From: an uncultured Gammaproteobacteria bacterium
GTDB taxonomy: Bacteria; Patescibacteriota; Microgenomatia; UBA8517
Assembly (NCBI GenBank): GCA_964502815.1
Contig: CAZCXV010000001.1
Coordinates: forward strand, 7,907-71,906
Direction: 5' to 3'
Length of the DNA: 64,000 nucleotides
This document shows positions 33,263 to 42,526 of this stretch, in pieces (the first letter of the stretch is position 1; each line of letters opens with the position of its first letter). Both the position numbers and the translations under genes were made by a program. The notes under the pieces were generated by a model. That model was not told the DNA's origin and searched no databases. It saw only the letters and a list, made by a program, of their open reading frames with translations.

Positions 33263-35855
33263 AGTTTGATTTTTTCAAAAGATAATAAATTGTGAGAACA
33301 AGTCCAAAAACAACTGTCAAATACATCCCCCATCTAACGTTTTTCTGACCTATAAATTCTATTCCAGTGTTACCCCAAGTGCTCTCGACGTAGAAAGCAT
33401 TAACCATGGAATAAAGAGGAATAGAATCAAAATATTCTATTCCCCTTCTTAGTTGCCAAAATGGATGATAGTTTTCATTCATAATTAGCCAGTGATTTTC
33501 TTCCAAAGTCGTAAACTTATAGTTAAGTGTTCCAAACTTCTCCATAACTGCCGGGATGATTTTATTTGTTTCATTTTCAAGCTGTTTTGTATTTACTACC
33601 CCAAAATGGGTTAAAAATGTCTCTGAAAGTGTTTGAGCTTTAGCAAACTCGGCTTTTGGAATCAAAGCAAGAGTATTTAGAACAGTTAATCCGCCTCTAT
33701 TTTTAATAGTTACTTTTTGCTGCCCTCTCTTCAAATCTTTTAGTTCTTCAGATAGCCAAACAAAGTTATCCCTCTTAACAGTCCCAGTGTCGAAAATATT
33801 TTGAGTATTTGCATTCTCAAGTCCTTGTGAATCTTTGTTTGTCATCATGCGGACTAGAAGTAAATAATTTCCCTCTTCTGGAATATTCAGTTCAAACTTT
33901 ATTTCTTCTCCATCTTTGGTAGAAAAAGCAATGCCTTTTTGATAATCAAAATCTTTATATGTGACTCCTCTAATTAAAAGCTCATACTTGGCCTTCAAAT
34001 ATTGATTAGTAGGAAAAACAGACCACTGCGTAGAAGTATTTTGTCCTGGAGATACAAAATACTTCTGCAAAAAGCTCATTGTCAAATCTATTTTATCTAA
34101 ACTATTAAAGTAAATTTTTAGCGAATCTGGTTTTTTGCCTTCAAGAAGCCTTGGATCCCACTTTCCGTCCTCAAAATAAACGGTTGGAAGTGTGGTAGAC
34201 AACGGTTGACCAACAACCGCAAAGATTTTATCGACAAAGTAGTAGTTGGGATAAATTGGTTTACTATTAGAAACTTCATAGACTGGAATCTCGGTTCCCC
34301 AATCTACTTTTCTAAGGTCTTTATTTGCAGCAAGTAAGTTATCTATCGTTTGCCAATTCTCCTGCTCTTTCTGATCTTTTTTAATAGTTCTAGGATCGTC
34401 AGACAATATTAAATACTTGATTCCAAGCGTTCTAAACCAATCAACAAAATCAGGATGATGCAAAAAATTAAACCAGTCTTCACTAGTGTTCATTTTAGCG
34501 AAAGGATAGGAGTTAACTAAAGTAAAGGCATCGAGTGCTGGTTGGTCGTTTGTTTCAAAAGTCAAAGGATGTCTTTCTGGAAACCAAACGGCTCTAAAGG
34601 TATCGATTTGTTGATCTAGGTTTTTTGAAATAGTCAAATAGTCACTGCTCTGATTCCTATCAGAAAGTATAAAGTTCAATTTACCAAGAAGTGCTGGATA
34701 AATTAGAAATAAAATATACACATAAACAACAACAGAGGGGATAAAAGAGAAATTTCTGATTTTAAACATCCTAGTCAGTTTTTCAACTGTATGTCCAATT
34801 AGTAGTCCTGCAAACAAAATCACAGGAAGGAAAAACTTTGATGAATCTCTAAAAGCAAAACCAAAAGGAAGGTTAACAACTAGGTCATACCAATCACCAA
34901 GGGGAGGCGTGTTGCCTTTGGCAAAAAATGAAAATAATAAAAATAAAAATGCGATTAGGAAATATTTTTTCTTCTTAGTAAAAATTAAGCCTGTAAAAAT
35001 AAGTATTTGCAAGAAAGCAAAATACCAGAAGGGCTGCTGAACTTTGCCAAACAGATTTCCTGGCCAGTGGGGCGAGAAAAGAAACAAAGGATGTAGGATC
35101 GACGTCAACTGCAAATTAGAAACACCCAAAGAAACATTTCCGGTTGTGTTTTTAAGAAGTGGAAACAGCCAATACAAATTAAGAGCTATAAACGCAACTA
35201 ACAACAGTCCTAAGCTTTTGAGTTTTTTAAACTCTCCTGCAATCAAGATCCAAGCAAAGATTGTTAGAAAGGCAATAGTCGCAACTCTAGGGTCAGCGAT
35301 TGAATTGAAAGTCAATAGGGTTAAGGCCAAATAAAAACTATGTAGATTTGGCTTAACTGTCAATCTTTTAGTTGCCAAAATACTAAATGGAAAAATACCA
35401 TAGGCCAAAACAACACCAACCTGCCCGCCGTCTATCAGAAGCAAAAAGTAGGTGTTGAATAGATACACAAGGCAAGTAAAAAAAGAACCTAATTTTGAAA
35501 GTTTCAGACTTCTAGCAAGAAAGTACGAGCCAAAAACAGCAAAAAGAATACCAGGAAGGTAAAAAACTATCAGTGAGGTTAGATCTGAAGACAATGAAAA
35601 AAACTTGGCCAAAAGGCCATACAAAATCGTCAGTGGAGAAAGCCATAACAGCAAGTTTACTCCACCGAAATTTATCCCTCTTTGTGTCCAGGCTAGTGGT
35701 TCAAAAACAAGTTCGTTAACTTCTGAAGGCAGAAAATGCGGAGCATCACCCCAATTCATTGAGCCATGCCAGTAAATATTTCTGATAAGAAAAACAATTG
35801 GCACAAGAATGAGAAAAGAGAAAAATACATTAAGAAGTAGAGTTTTAGTTTTCAT
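33252..35855 (-). CDS. Large polytopic membrane protein (867 aa) with C-terminal extracytoplasmic domain and terminal TM; probable GT-C-like glycosyltransferase
   Basis: About 14 N-terminal TM helices, a soluble domain of about 450 aa, then a C-terminal TM (MYLTVVFGLVLTIYYLL). Confidence 0.55.
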   Translation of the reverse strand: MKTKTLLLNVFFSFLILVPIVFLIRNIYWHGSMNWGDAPHFLPSEVNELVFEPLAWTQRGINFGGVNLLLWLSPLTILYGLLAKFFSLSSDLTSLIVFYLPGILFAVFGSYFLARSLKLSKLGSFFTCLVYLFNTYFLLLIDGGQVGVVLAYGIFPFSILATKRLTVKPNLHSFYLALTLLTFNSIADPRVATIAFLTIFAWILIAGEFKKLKSLGLLLVAFIALNLYWLFPLLKNTTGNVSLGVSNLQLTSILHPLFLFSPHWPGNLFGKVQQPFWYFAFLQILIFTGLIFTKKKKYFLIAFLFLLFSFFAKGNTPPLGDWYDLVVNLPFGFAFRDSSKFFLPVILFAGLLIGHTVEKLTRMFKIRNFSFIPSVVVYVYILFLIYPALLGKLNFILSDRNQSSDYLTISKNLDQQIDTFRAVWFPERHPLTFETNDQPALDAFTLVNSYPFAKMNTSEDWFNFLHHPDFVDWFRTLGIKYLILSDDPRTIKKDQKEQENWQTIDNLLAANKDLRKVDWGTEIPVYEVSNSKPIYPNYYFVDKIFAVVGQPLSTTLPTVYFEDGKWDPRLLEGKKPDSLKIYFNSLDKIDLTMSFLQKYFVSPGQNTSTQWSVFPTNQYLKAKYELLIRGVTYKDFDYQKGIAFSTKDGEEIKFELNIPEEGNYLLLVRMMTNKDSQGLENANTQNIFDTGTVKRDNFVWLSEELKDLKRGQQKVTIKNRGGLTVLNTLALIPKAEFAKAQTLSETFLTHFGVVNTKQLENETNKIIPAVMEKFGTLNYKFTTLEENHWLIMNENYHPFWQLRRGIEYFDSIPLYSMVNAFYVESTWGNTGIEFIGQKNVRWGMYLTVVFGLVLTIYYLLKKSNYEN

Positions 35856-36004
35856 GCGTAAAAATTCCTATAACTACCGGAATAAACAACAGAAAGAAAA
35901 AGTAGTTTGCAACTCTAAGAGCAAAGCCAGCGTGATTTGTAAACAAAAGTCCCCCGATTAAGATTATTTCTATCAATGCTATACTAAGAGCCAATTTAAG
36001 GATC

Positions 36005-37789
36005 ATGTCCAAGTCAATTATACTAAAAATCCTTGCCCCAATACTAATGGTAACTTTTTTCCTTTACTTACCTTTCTTAGCTAACAAAAAGCTGCTTCTG
36101 GAAAGATCAAATGACTTAGAAGGATTTTTTTGGCCAATAATTTATTACATCAAAGAAAGCATCCTCATTCATAAACAAATCCCTTTATGGAACAATCTCT
36201 TTTTCATGGGCACTCCGTTAGTTTCAGACCCGCAAAACCTATACTGGTATTTGCCAAATATTATCTTTTTAATTTTTCCAATTGATACAGGAATTATTTT
36301 AACTTACTTTATACATTCTCTTTTTGGTGGCTTCGGCATGTATTTGGCAGCCAGGCAATTCAAGTTTTCCCAAAACGCCTCCGTTATCACGGCTTGTTTA
36401 TTTATTATTACACCCAAGCTCGCAAGTTATTTGGAGGCCGGACATTTTGGCTTAGTGTTGTCTTTCACATATTTACCTTGGGTAATTTACACTTTAAAAA
36501 AACTAGTTAACGAACCAAAACCAATCTGGTCCGTTATTCTTGCTTTTTGCCTGTCGGCAATCTATGTCAACCACATTCTAACTGCTTTTCTAACTTTGTC
36601 TGTCTCTTTATTTTTTGCCCTAATTCTTTTTCTGCAAAGACCAAAAACAAAAACCATCTGGTATGGTCTTTTGGCAGGGATTTTGTTTGCAGCAATTATT
36701 TCTCCCATCGTCTATGTTCAACAACAGTGGTTTGGACAAACAACAAGAGATATGCTACTTAACTATCCAGACGTTTACCCCAAATGGGACACCGAATTGG
36801 AGTTTTTGCAAAACCTGATTATTTTAAAGCGAATTGAAACTGAAAAAATACTCCTTCTTGGAACAATTCCAACTCTGCTGGCAATTATCGGTTTTTTTAA
36901 ACTCAAACTGAAAGTTAAGATTGCCTTAGTATCTACTGGCCTAGCTATTTTTCTAATTGCCCTAAACAATCTCTCACCAATTTATAACTTGCTGATTAGT
37001 TGGGATTGGTATGTACTTTTAAGAGTATCGACCAGGCCTTGGTTTATTCTTACCTTGATTGCAATTTTCTTGATGGGTTATGGCTTTGAAGTTTTAGAGA
37101 AAAAAAATAAAGCTTTTGCCTATACCTTTGTCATAATTGCAATTGGCCAATCGCTTTTCATTTGCTACAAGATATTTTCTAAGCCAATTATCGTCTCTCA
37201 ACAAGTTCCAACAGAAATATATGAGTATTTAAATGCAGACAAAGATCACTTTAGGGTTTTTTGCACTACCAGATGTTTGGCTCAGAAACAGTCTGCTATC
37301 TACGGCTTAAAACTTGCCGAGGGCTATGGAACTTTGCAACAGAAAAATTACTATCAAGCAGCTCTGGCTATTGGTCAGTATTATTCTGACAAGTATTCTC
37401 TTTCCATTCCCCCTTTTGACGTTTATCTCTATCAAGATTTGCAACCTAAGTCAGAAATACTTGCCAGATACGGCATTAAGTATGTCGTTTCACCCCACAA
37501 ATTAACTGACAGCAACCTATTGGCAGTTAAAGAAAGTTCTGGCTATATGGTCTATCAAAACAAATTTTTTAGACCCATAACCTACCTTTATTATTCGCCA
37601 AATATTATTGAAATAGAAAATAATGAGTTTAAAGACAACTTAATTATTCCCGAAATATATAATTCCAACTGGAAAGCGTTTAATGAATTTAGCTTGCCAC
37701 TTAGCGTTAGCCAATCAGATGACCACTTACTCAAGATCTCAACCCAAAAATCAAGAGTTGTTGTGCTTAAATTTATCCCTTTTAGATAA
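36005..37789 (+). CDS. YfhO-family polytopic membrane glycosyltransferase-like protein
   Basis: N-terminal region IHKQIPLWNNLFFMGTPLVSDPQNLYWYLPN mirrors the conserved YfhO loop (iPlWnpy.fsG.Pf.adpqsa.fYP). Confidence 0.65.
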   Translation: MSKSIILKILAPILMVTFFLYLPFLANKKLLLERSNDLEGFFWPIIYYIKESILIHKQIPLWNNLFFMGTPLVSDPQNLYWYLPNIIFLIFPIDTGIILTYFIHSLFGGFGMYLAARQFKFSQNASVITACLFIITPKLASYLEAGHFGLVLSFTYLPWVIYTLKKLVNEPKPIWSVILAFCLSAIYVNHILTAFLTLSVSLFFALILFLQRPKTKTIWYGLLAGILFAAIISPIVYVQQQWFGQTTRDMLLNYPDVYPKWDTELEFLQNLIILKRIETEKILLLGTIPTLLAIIGFFKLKLKVKIALVSTGLAIFLIALNNLSPIYNLLISWDWYVLLRVSTRPWFILTLIAIFLMGYGFEVLEKKNKAFAYTFVIIAIGQSLFICYKIFSKPIIVSQQVPTEIYEYLNADKDHFRVFCTTRCLAQKQSAIYGLKLAEGYGTLQQKNYYQAALAIGQYYSDKYSLSIPPFDVYLYQDLQPKSEILARYGIKYVVSPHKLTDSNLLAVKESSGYMVYQNKFFRPITYLYYSPNIIEIENNEFKDNLIIPEIYNSNWKAFNEFSLPLSVSQSDDHLLKISTQKSRVVVLKFIPFR

Positions 37790-39068
37790 CTCTAATGTAG
37801 AGAATGAAGGAGTAGATTGTTAGAAAATATGACATTATTAATATTTTTTTATCCTTTGTCAAGCCAAAGTAAACTGCCAATAAAGAAAGAAGCGATAAAG
37901 TATACCAAGGCAAAATTAAGTTCAAATAGACAAGAGTGAATAAAGCAAAAACAATAACTAGCGTTCTAACAAAGACTTTGTTGTCTGTAAACTTAGTTTG
38001 TAAAATGGCTTTCACTAAAAGTGAAAGATAACCTATCTTGAATATCCACTGGGCAACCGTTTGCGCCACTTTTATGTTGACCCTAAATACCTCAAATAGC
38101 TTAATTAAAATTAGCATTGCCAAGCTTGGGGTTATAAAAGTTCCATTTGCAAGCCGAAGAAAGCTGCCAAGCCCTAAGTTGTCCATGAAAGGCAAATAGG
38201 CGAAAAAGACAATTCCCAGCTGGATTAGTCCGGCAAAAAATAAAAACAGCAGCTTCTCTTTTAGAGTTTTAAGCTTTTTAATTGCATATAAAACAAAAAA
38301 TGGATAAATAATTAAGCTAAAAAACTTTGTTAAGGTTCCAAGCGTTAAAACACTTAAGCCTAGTATAAATCTTTTCCAGCTGATTTTTGAAACAAAGAGA
38401 TAAAGAGCAAAAATCATCGGAAAAACGGTCAAAACTTCGAAATGATTGTTCATTTGAATCTCAAAAATAACCAAAGGATTCCAAGCGTAGATTAGTGATG
38501 CAGCTGCACTTTTAGTGATTTTGTAAATAAAATAGCCAACTAAAACATTGAAGACAGAGTAAAGTAGCTTATAAATGATAATGTGGTTTAAAAGGCTGTC
38601 ACTTGCAAGCTTTGAAATGAATGCACCAAATAGGGTAAATGCTGGACCATAGATTGATAGCTGACCAGACCAAACTGTTCGAGTTTCCTGGTAAAATTCG
38701 TCGTAATTGAATTGATCGTAGGTAGAAGAATACGGGCTGGCTCCGTATTTGGTTAGCATTCTCCCTCTTTGAATATGGGTGTACAAATCGTTTGAGGCAA
38801 AGTTCCAGATGAAAAGCAATGAGAGATTAAAGACAACCGAAAACCAAAAAACATACTTATAACTGATTTTATATTTTGCAACCGTTTGGCCAGCAAAGTA
38901 CTGAACTATTAAAGCAATAGCCAAAAGAACAAAAGTAGGAATAAAAACTCGGTTGTCTTCCAGAAAAAGTTTATCAACTCCCCAACTGGCTCTTAGATAA
39001 TTCAAAAAGTAAAACGACAGAAAGATGGTTTCCAAAAAAACGCCAAGTGCCAAAAATGATTTTTTCAT
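37782..39068 (-). CDS. Polytopic membrane protein (428 aa), possible GT-C (GT87/DUF2029-like)
   Basis: Hydrophobic throughout, with one large loop. No confident family. Confidence 0.5.
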   Translation of the reverse strand: MKKSFLALGVFLETIFLSFYFLNYLRASWGVDKLFLEDNRVFIPTFVLLAIALIVQYFAGQTVAKYKISYKYVFWFSVVFNLSLLFIWNFASNDLYTHIQRGRMLTKYGASPYSSTYDQFNYDEFYQETRTVWSGQLSIYGPAFTLFGAFISKLASDSLLNHIIIYKLLYSVFNVLVGYFIYKITKSAAASLIYAWNPLVIFEIQMNNHFEVLTVFPMIFALYLFVSKISWKRFILGLSVLTLGTLTKFFSLIIYPFFVLYAIKKLKTLKEKLLFLFFAGLIQLGIVFFAYLPFMDNLGLGSFLRLANGTFITPSLAMLILIKLFEVFRVNIKVAQTVAQWIFKIGYLSLLVKAILQTKFTDNKVFVRTLVIVFALFTLVYLNLILPWYTLSLLSLLAVYFGLTKDKKILIMSYFLTIYSFILYIRVI

Positions 39069-39099
39069 ATATGATATGTCTTGTATTAGTGTTTAAATT

Positions 39100-39738
39100 A
39101 TGTTGAACCAAAAACAGCTTACTAAAATTTGGAACCAAGTGCCAGCCGATTATTATGAAACTGAAATCGCCAAAAGTTTTCTAAAGAGACATTGGCACAC
39201 TCTTAAGGTTAATACTTTCAAAGAACTAACTATAGATTTAAAACCCAAAACAATTCTTGATGACGGCTGCGCCAGCGGACGAATGGCAAACGAAGTTTCA
39301 AAAATTTTTCCTAAAGCCAAAGTATCTGCTGTTGATGTTTACCAAAAGGCCTTGGACTTTGGCAAAAAAAACTATAAGCATATAAAGCTTAGAAAAGCAG
39401 ATGCTCACAAATTGCCTTTTAGAGCCAATACCTTTGATCTGGTTATAAATTACGAAGTAATTGAACACCTTGTTAATCCAGAAAAAGCTTTGCAGGAAAT
39501 GAAGCGAGTGGTAAAAAAGAATGGTCGAGTAATTGTTGCTATGGACTCCGGCAATTGGCTTTTCCGAATAGTTTGGTGGATATCAGAAAAAACCATCTCC
39601 AAAGTATGGCAAGGAGCACATTTGCACCCTTTTAAGCACCAAGAGCTTGAGACACTTATTAAAAAGGTTGGCTTTAAGATTTTGGAAAAAAGGTTTTCGC
39701 ACTACGGAATGGAAGTGTCGTTCCTTTTGGAAAAATAG
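39100..39738 (+). CDS. Class I SAM-dependent methyltransferase (Methyltransf_11-like)
   Basis: ILDDGCASGRMANEV (motif I) and LVINYEVIEHLVNP. Confidence 0.8.
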   Translation: MLNQKQLTKIWNQVPADYYETEIAKSFLKRHWHTLKVNTFKELTIDLKPKTILDDGCASGRMANEVSKIFPKAKVSAVDVYQKALDFGKKNYKHIKLRKADAHKLPFRANTFDLVINYEVIEHLVNPEKALQEMKRVVKKNGRVIVAMDSGNWLFRIVWWISEKTISKVWQGAHLHPFKHQELETLIKKVGFKILEKRFSHYGMEVSFLLEK

Positions 39739-39805
39739 CTCGCTAACTCATTTAATTTGAATCTGGTTCTGGAATTTGAGTTGAAAATTAATTACAATTG
39801 ACGTC

Positions 39806-41434
39806 ATGATAGAAAGTCTACTACAAAAGAGAAACATAAATATTATCGAGACACTAAGTCTAATTTTTGTGCTTGCTTTTGCCTTTATTTACAGAATTTA
39901 TTTGCTAATTCACACTTCAGTAACTTTATACTCAGATGATGCTATCTATGCCGAACTCGCAAGATTTGCCACTCAAGGCCAATGGTATCGAACTTTTCAT
40001 CCGACGTGGTCACCACTATTCCCAACCGTCTCTTCTTTAATCTATCCATTTTTTGAAAGCTGGGAAACGACATTAAGGTTTATTTCAATCCTGTCGGGAA
40101 TAGCAACATTGATACCGTTGTACTTTCTTGCCAAGAGTTTATTGTCTAGACCTCAAGCTGTAGTGTTTATTTTAATAACTAGTTTTCTTATTCCCCTTCT
40201 TGATTTATCTATTTTTCCTTTGTCTGATACACTCTCAACCTTTTTTGCAATAACCGGGATTACTTTTATTTTTTTTGGCCTCAAAAGAAATATTGAAAAG
40301 TACTATTATTTTGGCTCTTTTTTCTTTGGCTTGACTTACCTAACTAGATCAGAAGGAACAGTTTATTTTTTCTTCACCCTATTATTTTTGTCAATCTATT
40401 TTTCCTTCCTATGTTTTATTAGACATGATAAAAAGACTCCATACTTCAGAAGCCTACTTTTATTCGTAATTATATTTCTCATAACTGTCAGTCCTTACTT
40501 AATTGCTACCAAAAATCAACTTGGGAAATGGACACTATCTCACAAGGTGTCTGCTCAATTCAAACAAGGCCACGCATTCCAGGTTAGAGAAAATACGGGA
40601 TTAACCTGGATTCAAGAGGTAGTCTCAGTGAAAACTCCGAATTACAAATCTGAATACTTTACCGGTGGAATTAGTTATATCATCGATAACCTTGATTGGT
40701 ATATGTTTTGGTTTGGTGAGAAATCAGCAACTTGGTCAAAAGTGTTTAAAGAGAATTTTCCACTTTGGTCAACTCCTATAATATTGATCGGTAGTTTGAA
40801 ATTTCTTCAAAAGAAGAATTTCTGGAGTTTTGGTTATTTGGTTGCTATTTTGTCATTTGCAATACCACTAACTATTTTTGCCACTCCTTTGGCACAAATG
40901 CGTTATCTTTTTTGGACTATTCCATTTTTAATGCTTCTTGTCTTTTTGGGAATCGATTTGCTAATACACCTAATTTTACCAAAACCAAAAGGAATTACTA
41001 TTTTACTTGCAACAGTTGCGGCTGTTTTAATGGTCACAAAATTTCCATCTTTTGACAAAGCACTTATTTTTCAGCCAAAAGCATATATTCAAGCTTTTAC
41101 CAACATTCACAAAAGAGAAGAAATTTATGATTCAGGTGTATGGCTAAAAGAAAATAGTAAAAGCACAAATCCAAAAATTATGATGTTGCATGAAGGAATT
41201 GAATTCTATGCAGACGGAGAGACTATCTACATTCCCCAAAATCATACAATTGATGAAGTAATAATTTATGGAAAGAAATTGAAAGCGCAATATATAATTG
41301 CTTGGACTGAAGAGCTTTCTCACGACAAAAATCTTTCTGTTTTGCTCACTGAAAATTACACCCACCCTAATTTGAAAAGGATTTATAAAACTGAATCAAA
41401 TGGCCGAAAAGTCATTATTTATGAGATTTACTAA
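39806..41434 (+). CDS. Polytopic membrane glycosyltransferase GT39/ArnT/PMT_2-like
   Basis: N-terminal loop LYSDDAIYAELARFATQGQWYRTFHPTWSPLFP (DD..Y and hP..PL motifs). About 13 TM helices. Confidence 0.75.
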   Translation: MIESLLQKRNINIIETLSLIFVLAFAFIYRIYLLIHTSVTLYSDDAIYAELARFATQGQWYRTFHPTWSPLFPTVSSLIYPFFESWETTLRFISILSGIATLIPLYFLAKSLLSRPQAVVFILITSFLIPLLDLSIFPLSDTLSTFFAITGITFIFFGLKRNIEKYYYFGSFFFGLTYLTRSEGTVYFFFTLLFLSIYFSFLCFIRHDKKTPYFRSLLLFVIIFLITVSPYLIATKNQLGKWTLSHKVSAQFKQGHAFQVRENTGLTWIQEVVSVKTPNYKSEYFTGGISYIIDNLDWYMFWFGEKSATWSKVFKENFPLWSTPIILIGSLKFLQKKNFWSFGYLVAILSFAIPLTIFATPLAQMRYLFWTIPFLMLLVFLGIDLLIHLILPKPKGITILLATVAAVLMVTKFPSFDKALIFQPKAYIQAFTNIHKREEIYDSGVWLKENSKSTNPKIMMLHEGIEFYADGETIYIPQNHTIDEVIIYGKKLKAQYIIAWTEELSHDKNLSVLLTENYTHPNLKRIYKTESNGRKVIIYEIY

Positions 41435-41777
41435 CAACTTTTTTAATCTTCCTTTCATCGTCTAACGCTAAATTTCGTACTAATTTAGTTATTTTTCGAT
41501 CAACCTCGTTTAATGCAACTAAAAGTCTATACAATAGATAAAAAATAACTATCAAAGAAATGTATATTACCAAGTCAACCCCTCTACTAATTTTCAAGTA
41601 GTGAGCAATATTGGAAACAAGTTGTTGCTGAAAAATAAGAAATAACACCGACAGCCAAAATAGTATCCAAATTAAAGCAAAACTCACAGAGAGGTTTTTA
41701 TCGCGAAACGCGATCAACGTCCTCGTTATGATGAAGACAACAACTATTGAAAGTAATATCTGTGACGGCATAATCAT
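41415..41777 (-). CDS. Small 4-TM membrane protein (DUF2304/GtrA-like accessory of polyprenyl-phosphate glycosyltransferases)
   Basis: 120 aa with 3-4 hydrophobic helices. Overlaps the upstream GtrB-like GT2 by 4 bp (ATGA). Confidence 0.55.
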   Translation of the reverse strand: MIMPSQILLSIVVVFIITRTLIAFRDKNLSVSFALIWILFWLSVLFLIFQQQLVSNIAHYLKISRGVDLVIYISLIVIFYLLYRLLVALNEVDRKITKLVRNLALDDERKIKKVVSKSHK

Positions 41778-42508
41778 TTGCTAAGTAATGCTTTTGATAT
41801 CAACTCAAACGGGATCTTTAGCGCTTCTGAGTTTTTCTGGCCTTTTCTGATTGAATAGTTAGTATACTTTACAGTTACTGGAACTTCCTTAATTCTCAGT
41901 TTGTTTTTACTGATTTGATAGATAATATCTGAAGGATGTGCCCAGCGATTGTGTTTAATATCCAGAGTGGCAAGCGCCTTTCCACTAAATGCTCTAAAGC
42001 CGTTGTGGGTGTCTGTTAATTTTAAGCCAGAATACAATCTTGTAAAAATTAAGCCCAGACGAAGAACAATAAATCTCACTAACGGAATATTTATTGTTTT
42101 TCCCAAAAACCTAGAGCCAAGGACAACATCAGCTTGCCCAAGTATTACTGGTTCTATTAAGCGACTGATCTCACTTGCTGTTTGTTGCCCATCAGCATCG
42201 AAAGTTACTACAACACTCGTCTTAATTTTTCGAGCAAAATCAAAACCTGTTTGAAGTGCTGCTCCTTGACCAAGATTGATTACGTGTCTTAAAACTGTAA
42301 TTTTATTGCTTCTTATCATCTTTACTTTTTCAAATGTATCATCAGTTGAACCATCATCAATCAAGATTAACCGATCGCAAAAACGTAAAACTCTTTGCAT
42401 AACCCCAGTAATAGTTTTTTCTTCATTGTATGCAGGCATAACTACAACTCTATCTCCAGTAAGGCTTTGTTTGTTTCTCTTCATATATACAGAGTTTACT
42501 GCGGACAC
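41774..42508 (-). CDS. Polyprenyl-phosphate sugar synthase, GT2 DPM1/GtrB/ArnC-like
   Basis: VVVMPAYNEEKTITGVMQRVLRFCDRLILIDDGSTDDT...VVVTFDADGQQ. Short (244 aa), lacking the C-terminal TMs. Confidence 0.85.
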   Translation of the reverse strand: MSAVNSVYMKRNKQSLTGDRVVVMPAYNEEKTITGVMQRVLRFCDRLILIDDGSTDDTFEKVKMIRSNKITVLRHVINLGQGAALQTGFDFARKIKTSVVVTFDADGQQTASEISRLIEPVILGQADVVLGSRFLGKTINIPLVRFIVLRLGLIFTRLYSGLKLTDTHNGFRAFSGKALATLDIKHNRWAHPSDIIYQISKNKLRIKEVPVTVKYTNYSIRKGQKNSEALKIPFELISKALLSK

Positions 42509-42526
42509 TACATGAAAGCAAAGAAG

